Shown here in pieces: positions 7,875-15,800 of a DNA stretch of 32,000 nt. Below the pieces are notes generated by a model. It searched no databases and was not told where the DNA came from. It saw nothing but the letters and a program-made list of their open reading frames with translations. Location: contig NZ_CP011304.1 in assembly GCF_000981785.2 (NCBI RefSeq), forward strand, positions 750,001 to 782,000. The letters run 5' to 3'. Origin of the DNA: Microcystis aeruginosa NIES-2549 (GTDB lineage Bacteria > Cyanobacteriota > Cyanobacteriia > Cyanobacteriales > Microcystaceae). Each line of letters starts with the position of its first letter. The first letter of the stretch is position 1. Both the position numbers and the translations under genes were made by a program.

Positions 7875-8255
7875 CTAATCTTCCAGCTGTCGGGTAGGTA
7901 CTTCGATCGCTTGTACATCGATCGTACCGGGAGGGGTGAGAATAATAAACTTACCCCCTGCCACTTTTAACGGTTCACCACAGTTAGGACATTGGCATTC
8001 CGTGCGATTAAAACCCGTAAATTCGTAGCGACAGACGGGACAGCTATCTTCAACTAAATTGCGTCGTAACCACCAGCGAAAAATTCCCCAAGCAATGACG
8101 GGGGAAATGATTAGGAATGCCACGAGAATTAAAAACCCATTGACTAACCAACCCAGTCCGATCGAGCCTAACAACAATCCGACTAAAATCAAAGATAAGA
8201 AACAACCCAAACCAGAATCATTGACAGAATAGCTGCGGAAAAAGTTGTTATTCAC
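7875..8255 (-). CDS. membrane protein with a C-terminal zinc-ribbon (CPVC...CPNC)
   Basis: 126-aa ORF. Two predicted TM helices are followed by CPVCRYEF...CQCPNCGEPL. Confidence 0.6.
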   Translation of the reverse strand: MNNNFFRSYSVNDSGLGCFLSLILVGLLLGSIGLGWLVNGFLILVAFLIISPVIAWGIFRWWLRRNLVEDSCPVCRYEFTGFNRTECQCPNCGEPLKVAGGKFIILTPPGTIDVQAIEVPTRQLED

Positions 8256-8441
8256 GGCTCAACCCTCGATTCATCAAAGCTGCAATTATCTTTAACCTAA
8301 CACATTCCTAACACATTGCCACGGTTAAATCTTCCTTTTTGCTCACCGGTTACTAGCTCTATTCTACCTTGGGTTTAGTTTTGAGCGAGATTATCTTGAC
8401 TGACATTCTCCCCAAATCTGCTGGCGAGTGGATCGTCCGAT

Positions 8442-8450
8442 TGTTATAAT
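8442..8450 (+). promoter_or_regulatory. candidate extended -10 promoter (TGtTATAAT) for mtnB
   Basis: TGTTATAAT at 8442-8450, 34 nt upstream of the ATG at 8484. Motif only. Confidence 0.3.
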
Positions 8451-8483
8451 AGTCAGTCCCTATCTACCATATCTCTAAAAACC

Positions 8484-9101
8484 ATGAGCGATCCTCGTCT
8501 ATCTCTAGTTGCCGCTGCCCGAAGATTTTATCAACTGGGTTGGATGCTTGGCACGGCAGGTAATTTGTCCGCTAAAGTTGATGATCATAGTTTTTGGATT
8601 ACTGCCAGTGGTAAAAGTAAAGGTAAACTCACAGAACAGGATTTTGTGCGCGTGGATCTGACGGGAAAAGTCAGAGAATTAGCTCATCAGGATAATCGTC
8701 CTTCCGCAGAAACTAGCATTCATCAGGTGATTTATTGTCTCTTTCCCCAAGCGCAAGCTTGTTATCATGTCCACTCGGTGGAAGCGAATTTAGTTTCCCG
8801 TTTTGCTCGTGAGGATAAGTTATCGTTACCTCCCTTAGAAATGTTGAAAGGTTTAGGTATTTGGATAGAAAATCCTCAAGTATTTATGCCAGTTTTTGCT
8901 AACTATCTCGATGTGCCGAAAATTGCCGCAGAAATAGAGAGTAGATTATCAACTTTCCCCCCAGAAATTCCCGCTTTACTGATTTCTTACCATGGCGTGA
9001 CGGTGTGGGGTGAGTCTCTAGAAACTACCGAGAATTATTTAGAGATAGTTGAGTATATTTTTCGTTATCTAGTGGCAGCCTATCAGGTAAAACCTTGGTA
9101 A
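8484..9101 (+). CDS. mtnB: methylthioribulose-1-phosphate dehydratase (class II aldolase/adducin fold)
   Basis: 205-aa ORF. LGWMLGTAGNLSAKV...WITASGKSKGKLTEQDF plus His-rich metal-site motifs (HQVIY, YHVHS, YHGVTVWG) are typical of MtnB. Confidence 0.8.
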   Translation: MSDPRLSLVAAARRFYQLGWMLGTAGNLSAKVDDHSFWITASGKSKGKLTEQDFVRVDLTGKVRELAHQDNRPSAETSIHQVIYCLFPQAQACYHVHSVEANLVSRFAREDKLSLPPLEMLKGLGIWIENPQVFMPVFANYLDVPKIAAEIESRLSTFPPEIPALLISYHGVTVWGESLETTENYLEIVEYIFRYLVAAYQVKPW

Positions 9102-9148
9102 ACCTTCATTTAGACAAGGTAATAAAAGAAAGATGCCGACATTTACCA

Positions 9149-9219
<71 letters not shown>

Positions 9220-9353
9220 GATCGATAGATGTTTATCCTAACATAACAGTTGACAGTTTGCCAAGAGTGGAACCCAAGAGTCAAGCGATCGATCTATAAT
9301 TTATGGAGCGGTTCTCTAATCTAGTGGGGGATTTTAGGCTTAAAAAAGCGATT

Positions 9354-9689
9354 ATGATCATAAATACAAGATATTTACTAACTTTTATCGGTTTATTGGC
9401 TTTATGCTTGCCAGTACAGGCTAATAATACTGTTTACCTTAGCCAAAGTTCTAATACTGCCACGACTTTCGACAGTTATCGTCAAGAATGTTTACAAAGA
9501 GCGCGTGGGGAGGGGTTAGCTGCTGATGTGGCAAAAGACCTATGCGACTGCACGATTAAAAAATTCCAGGCTCGTTACAATCTACAGCAATTCCGCACCC
9601 TCGTGCAGAAGTCGAAAACCGATAAAGCTGCCGCTAGGACTTTAGCGAGTGTGGGAGAAGCTTGTTTTGATGAGATTTTGTATGAATAG
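9354..9689 (+). CDS. secreted Cys-containing hypothetical protein (111 aa; start refined)
   Basis: The internal ATG at 9354 gives a classical signal peptide (MIINTRYLLTFIGLLALCLPVQA). A TATAAT at 9295-9300 lies only 2 nt before the track start at 9303, which argues against that start. Confidence 0.5.
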   Translation: MIINTRYLLTFIGLLALCLPVQANNTVYLSQSSNTATTFDSYRQECLQRARGEGLAADVAKDLCDCTIKKFQARYNLQQFRTLVQKSKTDKAAARTLASVGEACFDEILYE

Positions 9690-9714
9690 CAGTTATCAGT
9701 TATCAGTTATCAGT
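9690..9714. repeat. heptanucleotide array (CAGTTAT)x3.5
   Basis: Starts at the first base after the TAG stop of the 9354-9689 ORF. Confidence 0.9.
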
Positions 9715-9881
9715 ATGTAAATTCTCAAAAAGTGCTGATTGGCTCAGAGTAAGGGTTTCAGACGAGCAATTTTAGCCTAATGCTTAAGAGTGCTGAGAAG
9801 AATAAAACCTTAAAATCCTTGCCATGTAACGCTTACAGCCCTTTTTAACCGCAAACACGCACCCTACAAGCTGTATTAAGA

Positions 9882-12800
9882 TTAAACTAATACAAGTATA
9901 TCAGAGGCGGTAAGAGTGGGTTTAGAACTAAGAGTTGCAATTTGAATGGCTGCTAGTGTACCTGTCCCGTCCCCATCAAAGAATAGTCCTCCAGTGATTG
10001 TATTATAAATTAAGCGATTGCTGGCATTTAATGCAGTTGTTCCTAATACAAATTGAGCGGCTGTAATGGAAACTCCTGCGGCTAAACCACCGCCAAAACC
10101 CGCAGCAGAGACAGCAATTTTATCCCCCTGACTGGAGAGAAAATCAGTAATTGTGTCAATCCCTTCATTGCGGTTGTTGAAGGTGAATTGATCGCCACCC
10201 GCACCCCCTGTTAGGGTATCATTACCAGTACCACCAATCAAGGTATCATTCCCATCACTACCATTAAGGATATTGTTACCACTATTACCGGTGATAACAT
10301 TATTTAAGGTGTTACCGGTTCCGTTAATATTTGCGGTTCCCGTTAACGTGAGGTTTTCTAAGTTATTTCCCAGGGTATAAGTTACAGAAGATTGAACAGT
10401 ATCTGTCCCTTGGTTAGCGTTTTCCGTAATCGTATCGGTAGTAGTATCAACTTGATAAGTATCATTCCCTAAACCACCGATGAGGGTATCAATTCCTGTT
10501 GCACCATTAAGGATATTGTTACCACTATTACCGGTGATAATGTTATTTAAGGTGTTACCAGTTCCGTTAATATTTGTAGTACCAGTGAGGGTGAGGTTTT
10601 CCACATTAGCAGGTAGGGTAGTTGTGACATTAGCGGTTAAGGTATCGCTGATGGTGACAATTCCCTTGTTATTGGTAAGAGTTGCATTGACGGGATTACT
10701 GAGGTTAATGGCAAAAGTTTCGTTTGCTTCATTAAGGTTATCATTGAGGATGGGGATGCTAATAGTAGCAGTAGAAGTATTAGCAGCAATGGTGAGAGTT
10801 CCAGTTTTGCTAGTGTAATCTACATTAGCGGTAGCGTTAACGGGTGCAGTAGTATAATTGACGCTAATTGGTTGTGGATTGGGGTTGTTGACAGTGACGG
10901 TAAGAATTGCATTACTATCTTGACCTTCCACAACGGTGATATTATTGATGGATAGTTGGGAAAAGTCGTCATTGGTAATTGTCCCCGTCACTGCGGTGGT
11001 CGTACCTACGGTATAACCTGTCCCAGAAGCAAGAGTTAAAATAACAGTCTCATCACTTTCAACTGTAGTATCAGCAGTGGGGTCAACTGTTACAGTAGCA
11101 GTGGATGAACCAGCGGCAAAGGTGACAGTATTGGTAGTCCCTGTACGAGTGTAGTCGGTATTTAAAGTAGCTGTTCCCCCGAGGGTGTAATTGACTGTTA
11201 AAGCATTTGTTGTGGAACCGCTACGAGTGAAGGTATAGACTAAGTTGGTTGTCCCGTCTTCATTAACACTACTGGGAGAAACTGCAAGAGTAATACTAGG
11301 AAGGGTGACATCATCATTCTTAATTGTCCCCGTCACTGCGGTGGTCGTACCTACGGTATAACCTGTCCCAGAAGCTAGGGTTAAGGTGACGGTTTCATCG
11401 GGTTCAACTGTGGTATCAGCAGTGGGGTCAACAGTTATAGTAGCAGTGGATGAATTAGCGGCAAAGGTGACTGTATTGTTAGTCCCTGTACGAGTGTAAT
11501 CGGTATTGAGAGTAGCTGTTCCCCCAACTGTATAGTTAGCGGTTAAGGCGCTGGTAGTAGAACCGGTACGAGTGAAGGTATAGACTAAGTTGGTTGTCCC
11601 ATCTTCAGTTACGCTACTGGGAGAAACTGCAAGAGTAATACTAGGAAGGGTGACATCATCATTCTTAATTGTCCCCGTCACTGCGGTGGTCGTACCTACG
11701 GTATAACCTGTCCCAGAAGCTAGGGTTAAGGTGACGGTTTCATCGGGTTCAACTGTGGTATCAGCAGTGGGGTCAACAGTTATAGTAGCAGTGGATGAAT
11801 TAGCAGCAAAGGTGACTGTATTGTTAGTCCCTGTACGAGTGTAATCGGTATTAAGAGTAGCTGTTCCCCCAACTGTATAGTTAGCGGTTAAGGCGCTGGT
11901 AGTAGAACCGGTACGAGTGAAGGTATAGACTAAGTTGGTTGTCCCATCTTCAGTTACGCTACTGGGAGAGACAGCAAGAGTAATACTGGGAAGGGTGACA
12001 TCATCATTCTTAATGGTTCCCGTCACTGGGGTGGTTGTACCTATTGTATAACCTGTCCCAGAAGCAAGAGTTAAAATAACAGTCTCATCACTTTCAACTG
12101 TAGTATCAGCAGTGGGGTCAACTGTTACAGTAGCAGTGGATGAACCAGCGGCAAAGGTGACAGTATTGGTAGTCCCTGTACGAGTGTAGTCGGTATTTAA
12201 AGTAGCTGTTCCCCCGAGGGTGTAATTGACTGTTAAAGCATTTGTTGTGGAACCGCTACGAGTGAAGGTATAGACTAAGTTGGTTGTCCCGTCTTCATTA
12301 ACACTACTGGGAGAAACTGCAAGAGTAATACTAGGAAGGGTGACATCATCATTCTTAATTGTCCCCGTCACTGCGGTGGTCGTACCTACGGTATAACCTG
12401 TCCCAGAAGCTAGGGTTAAGGTGACGGTTTCATCGGGTTCAACTGTGGTATCAGCAGTGGGGTCAACAGTTATAGTAGCAGTGGATGAATTAGCGGCAAA
12501 GGTGACTGTATTGTTAGTCCCTGTACGAGTGTAATCGGTATTGAGAGTAGCTGTTCCCCCAACTGTATAGTTAGCGGTTAAGGCGCTGGTAGTAGAACCG
12601 GTACGAGTGAAGGTATAGACTAAGTTGGTTGTCCCATCTTCAGTTACGCTACTGGGAGAGACAGCAAGAGTAATACTGGGAAGAGTCGGACTAGAAACAT
12701 AGCTAAAATAACTAGCAGTTAGACTTAATGCTGTTTGATTATTGATAACCGCAATGAGTTCATCTGGTTCGCTGCCGGGTTTGTTGATATATAGATTAGT

Positions 12801-15800
12801 ATTAGAACCAGAAACCGTCAATAGATAGTCACTACTTGAACGGCGAATCTGAATAATATCATCAGTGGGGTTAAAATCGGCAATTATCGCGTAGTCGCTA
12901 GTACCTGCATTAGTTGTATTACCATCATCATAGAATATGCTTGTAGCATCGCCAAGGATGAAGGTATCACGTCCTTCGCCACCGGTTAGAGTATCGACTT
13001 CATTTTTCCCAGGTTCAGTAGAGCCTGTTTTAACACCAATAATAACATCACTTCCTCCTCCGGCTGCTATAGCATCGTTTCCGTCACCGCCACTAATTAC
13101 ATCATTGCCCAATCCACCTTCGATAGTATCGTTTCCACCGCCACCATTGATAGTGTCATTCCCATCTCTGGTAACAATATGGTCGCTTCCATTAGTTCCA
13201 GTGATCTGAAATTGTTCAATATCACTGAATCGGATTTGATCAAAATTTTCATTGCTGTAAGAGCAGGTATAACGTTCGTAATATCCCCCAAACTCATAAA
13301 ATATGCCTCCTTGATAATTTGTAGATCCAGCAAATAGATTGCTAGAATAATCAATAATTAATAGGTCATTTCCATCGCCGCCATTGATGATATCAATTCC
13401 CAAACCGGCATTAATTGTGTCATTACCTTGGCCTGAGTTGATTTCTTGATTGTTGAAACGACTGCTGAATTCAATTTTATCATTTCCACTACCCAGGATG
13501 ACACTTCCGAAGCGCTCAATATTCTTTATATTAGTGCCAAGAAGCGTAGCTGCGCCTCCCAGTTCGTTGAGAATAATTGCGCTATTGGAGGAGGCATAAT
13601 TTAAGTCACTAATCGTGTCAAGACCAGTGCCACCGTCAATGATGTCATCTCCGCTCACATTTGCAACTGTATCGTCACCAGTGCCGGCATTAATAACATC
13701 ACTTCCTCCTCCAGCTGCTATAGCATCGTTTCCGTCACCGCCATTAATTATATCATTGCCCAATCCACCTTCGATAGTATCGTTTCCACCGCCACCATTG
13801 ATAGTGTCGTTCCCATCTCTGGTACCAATATAATCGCTTCCATTAGTTCCAGTGATCTGAAATTGTTCAATACTATAGAAAAGGACCTTATCATAGCTAT
13901 AGTCTTTGTCATCGTAATAGCAAGTATATGATTGGGAAAACCCGTCGTAATAAGAAATGCCTGCCGGATGAACATTTGATCCAGCATATTGATTACTAGA
14001 ATAATCAATGATTAATAGGTCATTTCCATCGCCGCCATTGATGATATCAATTCCTAAGCCTCCATTAATAGTGTCATTGCCTTGGCCGGAGTTGATTTCT
14101 TGATTGTTGAAACGACTGCTGAATTCAATTTTATCATTTCCACTACCCAGGATGACACTTCCGAAGCGCTCAATATTTTTTATATTAGTGCCAAGAAGCG
14201 TAGCTGCGCCTCCCAGTTCGTTGAGAATAATTGCGCTATTGGAGGAGTCATAATTTAAGTCACTAATCGTGTCAAGACCAGTGCCACCGTCAATGATGTC
14301 ATCTCCGCTCACATTTGCAACTGTATCGTCACCAGTGCCGGCATTAATAACATCACTTCCTCCTCCAGCTGCTATAGCATCGTTTCCGTCACCGCCATTA
14401 ATTATATCATTGCCCAATCCACCTTCGATAGTATCGTTTCCACCGCCACCATTGATAGTGTCGTTCCCATCTCTGGTACCAATATAATCGCTTCCATTAG
14501 TTCCAGTGATCTGAAATTGTTCAATACTATAGAAAAGGACCTTATCATAGCTATAGTCTTTGTCATCGTAATAGCAAGTATATGATTGGGAAAACCCGTC
14601 GTAATAAGAAATGCCTGCCGGATGAACATTTGATCCAGCATATTGATTACTAGAATAATCAATGATTAATAGGTCATTTCCATCGCCGCCATTGATGATA
14701 TCAATTCCTAAGCCTCCATTAATAGTGTCATTGCCTTGGCCGGAGTTGATTTCTTGATTGTTGAAACGACTGCTGAATTCAATTTTATCATTTCCACTAC
14801 CCAGGATGACACTTCCGAAGCGCTCAATATTTTTTATATTAGTGCCAAGAAGCGTAGCTGCGCCTCCCAGTTCGTTGAGAATAATTGCGCTATTGGAGGA
14901 GTCATAATTTAAGTCACTAATCGTGTCAAGACCAGTGCCACCGTCAATGATGTCATCTCCGCTCACATTTGCAACTGTATCGTCACCAGTGCCGGCATTA
15001 ATAACATCACTTCCTCCTCCAGCTGCTATAGCATCGTTTCCGTCACCGCCATTAATTATATCATTGCCCAATCCACCTTCGATAGTATCGTTTCCACCGC
15101 CACCATTGATAGTGTCGTTCCCATCTCTGGTACCAATATAATCGCTTCCATTAGTTCCAGTGATCTGAAATTGTTCAATACTATAGAAAAGGACCTTATC
15201 ATAGCTATAGTCTTTGTCATCGTAATAGCAAGTATATGATTGGGAAAACCCGTCGTAATAAGAAATGCCTGCCGGATGAACATTTGATCCAGCATATTGA
15301 TTACTAGAATAATCAATGATTAATAGGTCATTTCCATCGCCGCCATTGATGATATCAATTCCTAAGCCTCCATTAATAGTGTCATTGCCTTGGCCGGAGT
15401 TGATTTCTTGATTGTTGAAACGACTGCTGAATTCAATTTTATCATTTCCACTACCCAGGATGACACTTCCGAAGCGCTCAATATTTTTTATATTAGTGCC
15501 AAGAAGCGTAGCTGCGCCTCCCAGTTCGTTGAGAATAATTGCGCTATTGGAGGAGTCATAATTTAAGTCACTAATCGTGTCAAGACCAGTGCCACCGTCA
15601 ATGATGTCATCTCCGCTCACATTTGCAACTGTATCGTCACCAGTGCCGGCATTAATAACATCACTTCCTCCTCCAGCTGCTATAGCATCGTTTCCGTCAC
15701 CGCCATTAATTATATCATTGCCCAATCCACCTTCGATAGTATCGTTTCCACCGCCACCATTGATAGTGTCGTTCCCATCTCTGGTACCAATATAATCGCT

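Noticed and set aside
7758-7970. Track ORF 7758-7970 (+)
   Set aside because: It overlaps both the small membrane ORF and the convergent zinc-ribbon gene and has no supporting features.
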